A stretch of DNA of 64,000 nt from Blepharisma stoltei ATCC 30299 (lineage: Eukaryota > Protista > Ciliophora). The notes under the pieces were generated by a model, which made no database searches, had not been told where the DNA came from, and was given only the letters and a program-made list of their open reading frames with translations. Numbering within the stretch: the stretch's first letter is position 1; each line of letters starts with the position of its first letter. Of the stretch, positions 23,373-37,068 are shown one piece after another. Position numbers and translations under genes: made by a program. The stretch is taken from assembly GCA_965603825.1 (NCBI GenBank), contig CBFDEM010000043.1, forward strand, positions 186,001-250,000, in the 5' to 3' direction.

Positions 23373-25532
23373 ATGGAAAATTTACAAAGGCTTTGGTGGG
23401 ACGAAGAAACTATCCAAAATTATCATGTATTGAAAAAGTTCAACTATTGAAGACTTGAATTATCAGCTATTGCGATTATTCTGTTTTCAGCTGGGTATCT
23501 TATATTTGATTTTGAATGCTGAGGGTATGTAGAGCTTTGCCTTAAAATGGGTTTGGTTCAGCTTTTAATATATATCTCAGTTGTATTTTTCGAAAATAGA
23601 GGACCCTATATAAGAACTTTATTTGTGGTTGCTCTTTCGGAGTATAATTGCTTTATTTGGTGGCTCCTAGGGCAAAGCCAATATAAGTCAGCAAAATTGT
23701 TGCTGTCCAATGTTGCTCTTTCGTATACAAACATATTCGAATGGCCTTTTATATTAAGTCCATGAATAAGAGGATTTATTTTATTCAAACACTTAATTTT
23801 TTGGCATTATTATAGCTATTACTTCGAAGAAACAGAGGCTCAATATATGCCCCATTTAATATCATTTTTATTAATATGGCTTTGTGATCTATCCAACAGA
23901 AATTCAAGAAAAAGCTCATTTGAAAGATTTTTATCCAGAAAGAAGTTGGAAAGTGCTGAAAAAAGACTTAGCGTCATTTTTAATCTATTTCCTGATGGAA
24001 TTTTGATACTATCAGAGAACAAGTCGATTTTATATGTCAATGCCATTACTTCGCAATTTTTAGAATGCAGCCAAAACAATATAATTCCAACTTTATCAGC
24101 AATTGAGTATTGTCAAGGTAAAAAATATTCCCATTTATCAAATTCTAATAGACTTATTGATGATATCAATCTTGTGAAAAATTTGCAGCTTAATCAGCAA
24201 GTTGTACTGGGATTAAGCCAAACTGAGTCACATAACTTAGAATGGCGAGTACAAAAAGTTCTATGAGATGATCAAGAAGCAGCATTATTGACAATTAGAG
24301 ATGCAAACCACATAATTAAGTTGGAGCAGTCCATCTCTGACAACAAGCTTAAAAATATTTTATTAAGATCAGTATCTCATGAGCTGAGAACTCCAATAAA
24401 TGCTATCACATCTCTTTCAGATGCTTTGAAAACAGAATCTGAGGCTACTGGAAAAGAGAGTTTTAAAGAAAAACTTGACATAATTTCTGTGTCTTCAAAA
24501 CTTTTGCTTTCATTAGTAAATGATTTATTAGATTACTCTAAAATTTTAGCTGGGGCTTTTTCTATTCAAAAAAGAAGATGCTTACTAAGAAGTATTATTT
24601 ATGACTCAGTAAATCTAATAAAACTCCAAGCAGAAAAGAAAGGTCTTAAGTTAGTCACTAGAATTGATCCTATGCTGCCAGCATATGTTTTTACTGATCC
24701 TCTCAGATTAAGCCAAATTTTGCTTAATCTTTTGAGCAATGCTTTAAAGTTTACAATTAAAGGGAATATAGAAATTTGTTGTATTTTATCTTCAAAAGAA
24801 AAATTAAAAGTCATTGTTTATGACACAGGGATAGGAATTGAAGAGTCACGACTTTCTAATATTTTTAAGGAGTTCAACACACAAGTCAGTACGACGATCA
24901 ATCCATCAGGATGTGGACTCGGGCTATTTATTTCAAGCGCTATTGCTAAAAAACTTGGCTCAAAATCAATTGAAGTAATTTCAGAAGTTCAAAAAGGTTC
25001 TTCTTTTAGTTTTCTCGTAGATATCCAAGAAGAAGCATTAATAGATCAGCTACCTATTGAAGAAATAAACTCTGGAATAATTTCTGAAGATCTTCCTTTA
25101 ATGCAAATCAAAGATTTTAATAGACTTATTGAAAAAGAGTATCCAAGGGTGCTAGTTGCCGATGACAATGATTTTAATAGAATTGCTATTGGGGCCTTGC
25201 TTGTCCATTATGGAATTTCTTGTAATGAGGCCTGCACAGGGAAAGAAGCTGTAGAAAGTATCCAACAAAATGATCGGAAAAAGAAGCCTTATAAACTTGT
25301 TATTATGGATGGTAGTATGCCTGAGCTAAACGGCTGGGAAGCAACTAAAGTTATCCATCAATTATTTTTTGATGGAAAAATTGATGTCTTGCCAATAATT
25401 ATTGGGTATACTGCTTTCAGCTCTGAAGAAGAACTAACTTTGTGCACTGAGTCCGGCATGAAAGAGTGCTTAATTAAGCCTTGCAATCCTGATGTTTTAA
25501 TTAGTAAGGTGTTGCATTATTTAGCAACATAA
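23373..25532 (+). CDS. Membrane hybrid histidine kinase HK1 (TM-PAS-HisKA-HATPase-REC)
   Basis: One frame with TGA=Trp; SHELRTP H-box, NLLSNALKFT N-box, DTGIGI, GCGLGL, receiver DDNDFN..MDGSMP..TA..KP. Confidence 0.92.
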
Positions 25533-26042
25533 AAATGGAAATTCTGTAAAAGCACATCAATATTTAAAAATTTTGAAAATCCATGATTTTTGTATATTTA
25601 TAATTAAATAAAAATAAAAATTTTAATTATTTTGATTATACAAAAGCTTTGATTTTATCACTTATTTTGCTTGAAAACGAAAAATCTTTCAATTTTATTA
25701 ATAATTAGACACCAAATTAGCTATAGATATTGACATAAATAAAATGGTAAAGTCTTTTTATTTTACCATCTATTAAGAAATGAGCAAAGTTAAAGCTGAT
25801 CGGGAATTTTTAGAACAAAATTCGAATATTTTAAACTTATCTATAATAAATAGATCCATAATTGGGTATAATTAGCTTTCACTAATAATCAATTATTGCA
25901 GCTTTCCCTATTTAGTTTTAAAAAGTGCACCAAACCATAAGAAAATATGAGAGAGATCAAAATTTAATAAGAGAAAGCTAGATAATAATATCACGCATTA
26001 ATTCTTATAATAATTCAAAGGTCACTATATAATTTTTTTTAA

Positions 26043-28199
26043 ATGGATAGATTAAGAAATTTGTGACGAGAAGAAGACATTGGATGCCATTATCAAGTAT
26101 CAAAACACTTTGCTTTTTTCCATCTGGCTATATTATTAATCATGTGGTGCTTAAATAGTATTTTCGAGACCAAAAACTCTTTGTTAACTTTTTATTGTTT
26201 ACCAGTAATTACATTCCAGGGTTTATTAAGCTTATTGTTCAGATTTGCCGAAAGTAAATCTATGTCTACTAAATGCTTAGTCTCAATCTTCACATCGGAA
26301 TGCAATTTCACGGTTTGGTATCTTATGAGCTTTTATGAAGAAAATCAAAATAAAATACTATTTGCGATAGCATCTTTTGCTGGGCTAAATGTCATAGAAA
26401 TGCCTTTTATTAAATCTTTTTGGATTAGAGTGCTGCTGATTTTTAAGCATCATTTTCTGTGGCATTTTATTCCAAAATTCACTGGGAATAACGGGTCTGA
26501 TATTTATTCAGAATCCAATTTTATGCCAATTATCGCGATATTTTTATGTGAATGGCGTGTATATATGATGAGGGAAAAATCATATGAAAGATTCGTTTCG
26601 AGGGTAAATCTCGAAAAAGCTGAAAAAAGATTAAAGCTTATTTTTAATCTATTTTCAGACGGGATTTTAATAATTTCAGAGCAAAAAGAAGTCTTATTTT
26701 CGAATTTGAATTTGACCAAGCTTTTAAATTGTAGCATTGAAGAAGTGATTTCGTTTTTGACGAATACTGAATATTGCCAAGGAAGAAAACAGTCAAATTT
26801 ATCAAATACAAATAAGCTTATTGATGATATTAACCTTATCAGGACATTAGATATGAATCAAGAAATTAATCTCGGATTAAGCCAGCATGGAGATTTATAT
26901 ATAGGATGAAGAGGACAAAGAATTTTATGAGAAGAACAAGATGCAGTCCTTTTAACTGTAAGCAACGCTAATCATATTATTGAATATGAAAAAACAGTTT
27001 CAGATAGCAAGCTGAAAAATGTTCTTTTAAGGTCGATTTCTCATGAATTGAGAACGCCAATAAATTCAATCATATTTTTGGTAGAATCTATCAAAGAAGA
27101 GTATTCAGCATCAGGTAATGAAAAATTACAAAGCAAGCTGAATATAATTTCTGTTTCATCGAAAATCCTATTATCATTAGTTAATGATTTGCTTGATTAT
27201 TCTAAAATATTGGCTGGAATATTTTCAGCACAAAAAACAGATGTTTCGCTATGGAATTTTATTCATGAAACAGTTCAGCTAATTCAAATTCAAGCAGAAA
27301 AGAAAGGTTTGAATGTTTTCATAAGGATAGATCCAAATTTGCCAAGTCATGTTTTCACCGATCCTTTAAGACTTAGTCAAATTTTGCTTAATTTGCTAAG
27401 CAATGCACTTAAATTTACTCTAAAAGGCTGCATAGAGATTTGCTGCATTCTTGATAAAAATCAACAACTCAAAATTACTGTAAAAGATACTGGTATTGGA
27501 ATTACAAAAGATAAACTTAGAGATTTATTTAAAGAATTTGCAACACACTTTGATAGTGCTTTAAACCCAACCGGATGTGGGCTAGGTTTATTTATATCAA
27601 ACATTATAGCCAAAGAAATAGGTTCAAAAACAATTGACGTTAAATCAGTGCCAAACGAAGGTTCCATTTTCAGTTTTTCTATTGATATTTTTCGAAATTT
27701 CCCTCCAGCTCAAACGTTCATTGACGATGATTCTACATCAGATAATATTTTTGAAGAAAAAGCCTTAATAATGACCAAGGATTTCAATAAGGTAATTAAA
27801 AATCAATTTACTCAAGTCTTGATTGCTGACGATAATGACTTTAACCGCATAGTACTCGGAACCTTGCTTTCTAATTACAATATTCTTTACCACGAAGCAT
27901 GCTCAGGAAAACAAGCTGTAAAGTATGTGCAGGATATGGACGAAAAAAAGAAACCCTATAAGCTTATTATTATGGATGGTAGCATGCCTGAGCTAAATGG
28001 TTGAGAAGCTTCTAGGGCTATTCTTGACCTATATGCTGAAGGAAAAATATCCAGTCTGCCTATAATTATTGGATACACAGCATTTACATCAGATATCGAA
28101 TTATCACTTTGCATCAGGTCTGGCATGAAAGAGTGTATTATAAAGCCATGCAATTCTGAGCTTTTAATCAGCAAAATTAAGCATTATTTGCCAAGATAA
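26043..28199 (+). CDS. Membrane hybrid histidine kinase HK2
   Basis: Same motifs; continuous frame from ATG 26043 to TAA 28197-28199 with TGA=Trp. Confidence 0.92.
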
Positions 28200-28294
28200 G
28201 CTCAATAAATATTTTTTTAAAAATTAAAAATTAGCATATACAGCTAAATTTAGCAATTGATTTCTTTTTAAATGCTCTCTTATTCGTGTAATAA

Positions 28295-30460
28295 ATGGAA
28301 AAAGAAAGAAGGCTTTGATGGGAAGAAGAAGTGAATGAAAATTACAGGATTTTAAAAAAGGTTAATTACTCACGATTAGTTCTTATATCAATTTGCTGGG
28401 TATTTTATATAACTGGGACAATCTGGCTTTCTTGTGATTGAAGTGGCTATATAATATTTTGTGCGAAAATTTCATTTGCACAGCTTGTGGTATGCATTAT
28501 TATGGAGTTCTTAGAAAATAAAGGAGCATTTGCCAAATCATTTTTCGCGATTTTGCTATCAGAATTTTCTTGCTCTATGTGGTGAGTATTTGGAAGGGAA
28601 GCTTTTAAGTCTTCTGAGTTGCTGTTCTCAAATGTTTCTCTAGCTTATACAAATATATGTGAATGGCCTTTTATTCTAAGTCCTTTCTTTAGAATTGTAA
28701 TTCTTTGCAAACACGTATTTATGTGACACTATCACAACTATTATAAGTGGGGCTTCGATTTAAGAATAGAGGAAACAATGTCGCACTATTTATCAATTTT
28801 ACTTGTTGTGATGTGTGATTTATATATCCGAAATATAAAGGCGACTTCATTTGAAAGGTTCTTATCTCGTAAAAACCTCGAGAGGGCAGAAAAAAGGTTT
28901 AGTGTTATTTTTAACTTATTTCCTGATGGAATATTAATTCTGTCTGGAGCACACTCAATTTTGTATATAAATGCAGTTATGACAAGATTTTTAGGCTGCA
29001 GCAAAGATAGAGTAGTTCAAACCTTATCAACAATTGAATATTGTCAAGGCAAAAAGTACTCACATTTATCAAATTCAAACAAGCTTATAGACGATTTAAT
29101 ATTAGTTCCTAGCTTAGAAGTAAATCAAGAAGTAGTCCTCGGATTAAGCAAAATCCAAAATTCAAATCTAGAATTCCGGGCACAAAAGGTTCTATGGGAT
29201 GACCATGATGCGATTTTGCTAACTGTCAGAGACGCTAACCATATAATCAATCTAGAGCAGTCAATTTCAGACAATAAGCTTAAAAATGTCCTTTTAAGGT
29301 CAGTTTCTCATGAATTAAGGACACCAATAAACGCAATTACTTCTCTATCTGAAGCTCTTATGAGTGAGCCAGAAATTGTGCAAAATAAGAAATTTAAAGA
29401 AAATTTAAATATTGTCTCAGTTTCTTCAAAACTTTTGCTTTCTTTAGTAAACGATTTACTAGATTATTCAAGGATTTTAGCTGGAGCTTTTTCTGTACAG
29501 AAAACTAATTGCTTAATTCGAGCTATTGTACAGGATGCGGTGCAGTTACTGAAAACTCAAGCAGAAAAGAAAGGACTGATTATTTTTTCAAGAATTGATC
29601 CTCAGATGCCTGCGTATATTTATACAGACTCTTTAAGACTTAGCCAAGTTATTTTGAACCTTTTGAGTAACGCCTTAAAATTTACACTTAAAGGGCATAT
29701 TGAGATCTGCTGCTTATTAGTTACAAAAGGGGTAATAAAAATTATTATTAGTGACACAGGAATTGGCATAGAGGAATCTAATTTGCCAAATTTATTCAAA
29801 GAGTTTAATACCCATACCAATCAGACCATCAATCCAACTGGATGTGGCTTGGGGCTGTTTATTTCAAATATTATCGTCAAAGAGCTTGGCCCAAAGCCAA
29901 TTGAGGTCAGTTCTACTCTTGGTGAGGGCTCTTCGTTTAGTTTTTTTATAAATATTCATGAAGATGAGCTCGCACAATCCTATTATGAAGAGCTTCATAA
30001 TAATATAACCTCTGAAAATATTTCTCAAATCGTTCCAAAAGATTTCTCTAAATTGATAGAAAAAGAATATCCACAAGTGCTAATAGTTGATGATAATGAT
30101 TTTAATAGAATTGCAATTGGTTCTTTATTATTACATTGCGGTATTTTATATAATGAGTCGTATACTGGAAAAGAAGCAGTCAAAAAAATTCAGGAAAGCT
30201 GTAGAATTATGAAACCATATAAATTGGTGATAATGGATGGGAGCATGCCTGAGCTAAATGGATGAGAAGCAACAAAAATGATCCATCAGCTATATTTTGA
30301 TGGAAAACTCAGCAGTCTGCCAATAATAATTGGGTACACAGCATTTAGTTCTGAAGAAGAGCTAAATTTATGTATTGAGTCTGGAATGAAGGAATGCTTG
30401 ATTAAACCTTGCAGCAAAGAAGTTTTAATCAGTAAGGTGTTGCACTATTTATCATTATAA
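28295..30460 (+). CDS. Membrane hybrid histidine kinase HK3
   Basis: Same motifs; continuous frame with TGA=Trp. Confidence 0.92.
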
Positions 30461-30585
30461 TTTATATTATATTTATTAATATTAAAAATCAAGACTATTA
30501 ACTATAAAGATTTTTATTATTTACAAATTATTGTTACTTTTGAACTTATAAGATTTTTGTCAAATAATTTACATTAATACAATAA

Positions 30586-32750
30586 ATGGAAAATATACGA
30601 AATTGTTGGCGAGAAGAAGAAGTAAACGAGAAATACCAAGTTATCAAAAAATTCGCGTACACACTATTACTTATCATTTTTGTGGTAGTTGCATTCAATC
30701 TACTATGTGGAAGAAATCATGATCTGCTGCTTTCATATATTCCCTTCGATTTATTGCATATAATTGAATGCACAGCAATTTGATATGGGGAAAATAAAAC
30801 TGTTGCTGCCAAGTCATCAATTATTATACTGTCATCAGAATTGAACTCCACTATGTGGTTCCTAATGGGCGCTTTTATTTCAAAGGAAACAAATTATTTT
30901 ATGTGTTCTCTCTTTTGCCTCAATAAACTTCTTTGAGTGGCCAATTATTGAATCTTTTTGAATAAGGAGTTTTATCCTACTAAAGCACTTTTGTTATTCC
31001 TACTACATCGAGTATTTTACAGCAGGCTTAGATATCCTATCAATTGAAGCGGGGCTTTCACAAATGATTCTGGTTTTAATTTTTTTATTGTGCGAACCTA
31101 CTGGCGACAAACAAGAGAAAAGTCATTTGGGAAGTTTTCATACAGCAAAACTATAGAAAAAGCTGAAAAAAGATTAAGTTTAATTTTTGAGCTATTTCCT
31201 GATGGAATTTTGATAATTTCTAGTGACCATAAAATTTTATTTTCAAATGAAAATCTTATCAAACTTTTAAATTGCAGCCTGCAAGAAGTTATTCCTTTAA
31301 TAAATTCAATTGAATATAATGAAGGCAAAACATACTCTCAGTGAAATGTTTCAAATAAGCTCATAGATGATGTTAGCTTAATTCAAAATTTGCAACTTAA
31401 TGATGAAATTTTGCTTGGTATATGCCAAATTGGCCAGTGCAATCTTGAATGAAAAGGGCAAAAGATATCATGAGACGATGAAGATGCTATCTTATTAACT
31501 GTTAGAAACGTCAATAATTTAATCCAATTGGAGCGAACGATATCTGATAGTAAATTAAAAAATGTGATATTAAGATCGGTTTCACATGAACTCAGGACTC
31601 AATAAACGCAATATCTGACTTTGTGGAAGCTTTGAAAGAAGAGCCAGAAATTGCCTGCAATAGCGCTTTAAGTAGCAAGCTAGAAATTATTTTAATTTCC
31701 TCAAAATTACTTCTTTCATTAGTGAATGATTTGCTTGACTACTCAAGGATTTTGGCTGGGGTATTTTCAATAAAAAAGTCTAAATTTTTATTGAGAAATG
31801 CTATTCATAATGCAATGCAACTAATAAAAATCCAAGCAGAAAGGAAAGGCTTAAGAATTATTTCAAGAATAGACCCTGAGCTGCCAATATATATATTTTC
31901 AGATCCTCTAAGATTTAACCAAGTACTATTGAACCTTTTAAGTAATGCTTTAAAGTTTACTCTCTCAGGTTTTATTGAAATTGCATGCATTCCATGTGCT
32001 GATGGAAACATGAAAACCATAGTGCAAGATACAGGAATTGGTATTAAAGAATCTAAGATTAAAAATTTATTCCAAGAATTTCAGACATATCATCAGGAAT
32101 CTTTAAATCCAACTGGTTGCGGACTAGGTTTATATATTTCTAATATTATTGCTAAAGAATTAGGATCAAAATCCATTAAAGTGAAATCGAAAGAAAATCA
32201 AGGATCGTGTTTCAGCTTTTCGATTAATATTAAAGAGGATATCAAAGCATTAGAAAATAGGGAAAAAATAATGAAATACGATTATTCTTTGTCAGCAAAT
32301 CTTCTAGAAAATAATTTTCAAATAGTAATAAAAGATTTCAACGCAATAATGAAACAAGAATATCCAAAGGTATTAATTGTCGATGATAACGAATTTAATA
32401 GGATTTCGCTTGGGTCAATTCTTTTAAGCAACAATATATTGTATAGTGAAGCTTGTACAGGAAAGCAGGCTGTAAATAATATTGAAGAAATGAGCAAGAA
32501 GAAAAAGCCATTTAAATTAGTTATTATGGACGGAAGCATGCCTGAACTCAATGGCTGAGATGCAACAAAACAAATTTTTAATTTGCATGCTGAAGGTAAG
32601 CTTGATGATTTACCTACTATAATTGGGTATACAGCATTTACTTCTGATCAAGATATAAAAATGTGTATAGATGCAGGGATGGCAGACTGCATTATCAAGC
32701 CTTGCAGTTCTCAAGTCTTGATGAGTAAAATATTTGAATACTTGAAATAG
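30586..32750 (+). pseudogene. Hybrid histidine kinase HK4, frameshifted (pseudogene or assembly indels)
   Basis: Versus HK5: 2-nt deletion ~30891, 1-nt deletion ~31098, and 1-nt deletion ~31600 giving SHELRTQ-TAA (31603-31605). The kinase/receiver part is intact in another frame. Confidence 0.75.
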
Positions 32751-32985
32751 TGTTGAAATTTTGCTGAATAGTAATTTCACATTTTTATATTTACTAAATT
32801 TGTTATTCTTTTTATAAACTTCAGAAATCCATTTACTGCTTCAAAAAAGTCTTCTTGATTAAGATACTTGGAGATTTAGTTTTTAATTTAATGTGCTTAA
32901 ATTATTAAATAATCATAGTTATTTTATGTTATTCTCTTTTTAGATTATAAAGAAACTACTGTTGTGCTGAATGCCTTTATCTCTT

Positions 32986-33585
32986 TCTATTCTATTCTAT
33001 TCTATTAAATATAACAGTGCAGGCACTGTTGAAGCTCTTATGAGCTTTTAAACAATCAATCTGTAATTTTAGCTTGTTTTGGTTGTTGCTTCAGGTATCT
33101 GGTTGCATTCTCCTCTAGGTAGCATCAAGACCTATCTTTTAAAATCTCCACATGAAACTTCTTAATTGCTGCATCTGCTTTCCTTACCTTCGACAATTCT
33201 CCCATTGCAATAAGTCGCGCCACCTGTGTTTCGTATCTTGCTCCGTAGAGCACTACTTGCAGTCAGTCCATTTCCTGTCATTCGACTCCTACATCCATGA
33301 GCTGTTTTTGTAGTATCTGTCTGAGTCTATCATACTTCACACACTCCGTCATTACGTGTGCTTCAGTTTCTTCTACCCCACACTCGTTACACCTGTCATC
33401 CAATGCCAGGTGTCTCAGTTTAGCATTCGAGTCGCAGTAATTAAATCCAGCCCTTAACCTATGTATTGCTCCAATTGCATTTCCATTGTGCTGATTGAAC
33501 TGGACGAATGTTGGCTTAGCCGTTGCTGCCTTTATCTCTTTCATGTCACTTCACCTTTTACTTGCTAATTCGCACGCGCAGTGCT
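32986..33585 (-). mobile_element. 5'-truncated LINE fragment, same family as 18601-22766 but diverged
   Basis: NQHNG.AIGAIHRLRAGFNYC..NAKLRHL shared with the long element; CNECG..ETEAHVMTEC knuckle; (AATAG)n tail at 32986-33005. Confidence 0.9.
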
Positions 33586-34221
33586 AGTCCTTTTAGATGG
33601 TCTGAACTCACTATCTGAAAGTCAAAATGGTATGCTCCTTTCTCCACTCCAATAAGGTTATCTTAATGAAAAATTTAAGAAAGATTCTAGTCAGTTGGGT
33701 TAAAATATACCCAGAACCATATATCAGCTCTGAATAGCGAGACGGTGAATCGTCCGTTAGAACTTAACTGCCTCAGTCCAAGAACGGGCTCTCTTCTCCA
33801 GCACCTAAGAAGTGCCACTTCTCCCTACTTGGTCATAAGACCCACTTAAGAATCAATCCCTTTATTTTACGGATCGTTAGAGAAGTTTCAAACTCTAGCG
33901 TCCAGCCATTTTAAGTTTGTGTCTATTATTAAACCAATCTTAAAATAATATTCGCATAGATTTTTGGACATTATATCCTTTATATCATAAATTAATTATT
34001 AATTATGCGAATTAAATATAATAACTTTTTTAAATTTAGTTTCGAAATAAAACACTTATTATCCCCTTAGAACCCTATTCAAAGTAAGTGATTGCTATGC
34101 AACTACTTCGAAACTGCTCGAAATCTAAAAGCTCTATATTTTATAAATTACTGCCTAATTTGGGCATAGTATTGATTTTGCAAATTTATTAATGAATATG
34201 ATTTTTTGTAAAGAATTATAA

Positions 34222-36393
34222 ATGGAAAATTTACGTAGTTCTTGGTGAGAAGAGGAAGTAAATGAAAAATATCAAGTTATCAAAAATTTCGCATACACAG
34301 TATTGAAAATCATTTTATTCGTTATTGCATTCAACTTATGGTGTGAAAAAAATCACGATATGCTATTCACGTTTCTTCCATTCGACTTATTACATATATT
34401 AGAATGTATTGCACTTTGGTATGGAGATAATAAAAATAAAGCCATAAAGTCTTGAATTATAATACTATCCTCAGAGCTGAACTCCACTATGTGGTTCCTA
34501 ATGGGAGCTTTTATTTCAAAGGAGACAAAAATTATTTTATGCGTTCTCTCTTTTGCCTCAATAAACTTTTTTGAGTGACCAATCATTGAATCTTTCTGAA
34601 TAAGGAATTTTATCCTACTAAAACACTTTTTCTATTTCTATTACATCGAGTATTTTACTGTAGGCCTGGATTGCTCAGCAATTGAAGGAGGATTTTCACA
34701 AATGATTTCAATTTTTATTTTTTTATTGTGCGAACTGAACTGGCGACAAACAAGAGAAAAGTCATTTGGAAAGTTTTCGTATAGAAAAACAATAGAAAAA
34801 GCTGAAAAACGATTGAGTTTAATTTTTGAGCTATTTCCTGATGGCATATTGATAATTTCTAGTGACTATAAAATTTTATTTTCAAATGAAAATTTAATAA
34901 AGCTCTTAGGATGCAGCGCACAGCAGATACTTCCTTTACTAAATTCAATTCAGTATATAGAGGGAAAGAAATATCTGCAGTGAAATATATCAAATAAACT
35001 TATAGATGATGCTAATTTAATTCAAAATTTGCAGCTTAATGATGAAACTCTGCTTGGAGTGTGCAGAATTGGCGAATTTAATTTGGAGTGAAAAGGACAA
35101 AAAATATTGTGAGATGATGAAGAAGCCACATTATTGACAGTTAGAAATGTCAATAATTTAATTCAGTTGGAGCGAACATTATCAGACAGTAAATTAAAAA
35201 ATGTTATATTAAGATCGGTTTCACACGAACTTAGAACGCCAATAAACGCTATTTCTAATTTTGTCGAATCATTAAAAGAAGAGCCTGAAATTGCTTGTCA
35301 TGATGAATGGAATAGTAAATTAGACATTACCTTAATTTCGTCTAAACTACTTTTGTCACTAGTAAATGATTTGCTGGATTATTCAAGAATTTTGGCTGGA
35401 GTTTTTTCAATAAAAAAGTCAAAATTTTTATTAAGAAATGCAATTAATAATACAATACAATTAATAAAAATTCAAGCCGAAAGAAAAGGACTAAAAATTA
35501 TTTCAAGAATAGATCCTCAGCTACCTGTGTATATATTTTCAGATCCTTTAAGATTTAATCAAGTTCTTTTGAATCTACTAAGTAACGCATTGAAGTTTAC
35601 AATTTCAGGCTTTATTGAGGTTACTTGTTTATCATGCGCTGATGGAACTATGAAAACAATAGTGCAAGATACAGGAATAGGCATCAAAGAATCAAAGATT
35701 AAAGACTTATTCCAAGAATTCCATACACAATATCAGGAAACCTTAAATCCAACTGGATGCGGACTAGGTTTATTCATTTCAAATATAATTGCCAAAGAAC
35801 TAGGCTCAAATTCAATTGAAGTTCAATCAAAAGAAAGCCATGGATCATCTTTTAGTTTCATCATTGATATCAAAGAGAGTATCCATAATGGGGCAATAAA
35901 CAATTCAGAGACCTTAACATATGATGATTCTTTGTCAGAAAATCTTTCAGAAAATATTTTTCCAATAATAATAAAAGATTTTAATGCTGTAATGAAACAA
36001 GAGTATCCAAAAATTTTAATTGTCGATGATAATGAATTTAATAGGATTTCGCTTGGATCAATTCTTTTTAGCAACAATATATTGTATAGTGAAGCTTGTA
36101 CAGGAAAGCAGGCTGTAAATAATATTGAAGAAATGAGCAGGAAGAAAAAGCCGTTTAAATTAGTTATTATGGACGGAAGCATGCCTGAACTCAATGGCTG
36201 AGATGCAACAAAACAAATTTTTAATTTACATGCTGAAGGTAAGCTTGATGACTTACCTACGATAATTGGGTACACAGCATTTACTTCTGATCAAGATATA
36301 AAAATGTGTATAGATGCAGGGATGGCAGACTGCATTATCAAGCCTTGCAGTTCTCAAATATTGATGAGTAAAATATTTGAATACTTGAAATAG
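34222..36393 (+). CDS. Membrane hybrid histidine kinase HK5
   Basis: Continuous frame from ATG 34222 to TAG 36391-36393 with TGA=Trp. Confidence 0.92.
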
Positions 36394-37068
36394 TGCTGCA
36401 ATTTTGTTTAAATATAATATAAAAAAAATTTAAGAAAGATGCAAACATTGCTCGCAGATTATGTCAGTTATGAGTCAACTTCAAAAATAGGCAAATACAA
36501 GATATTTCTTTTATTCTTAAATTTTACTTCTGGTCTAATAAGCATTTCTCTTGTTTTAATTCAATAATGCATGAATTTGCAAAACTCCACAATTTCCCAT
36601 ATCCCCCACAACTTCCACCAACATCTCTATAATTTTACTAAAATCCTTTCACTTGGATGCTACATTAATTAATAGTCTACTCGAACTCTAAAAGTAGACC
36701 ATCAATAAGTACAGATCTTTCAAACCCTAAGACAACTGTTTCATGGGTTTCCTAATTTCATAAGTTTATCAAATCACTCAGATGATTCTTTAATTTTATT
36801 AGAAATAACCCTGTTTTTAATAATGGCAAATGCGAGATTAAGACTGCTCTTGTCAACTTGAAATTTGATCTGGCAGCTGATGTTGCTACCAACTCTACAC
36901 ATTATGCTTATGCATAATAATCCAGCCAATTTAAAAGCAGGCTAATAGTCTTGACGAATTTTTTAAAATCTAGATTCTTATAATTAGGTCCTCAAATATG
37001 AAATAATATTTACATAAAAATTTAAAAATTATAAAAAATTCCCTTAAATTATTAAATTCGTAATAAAA

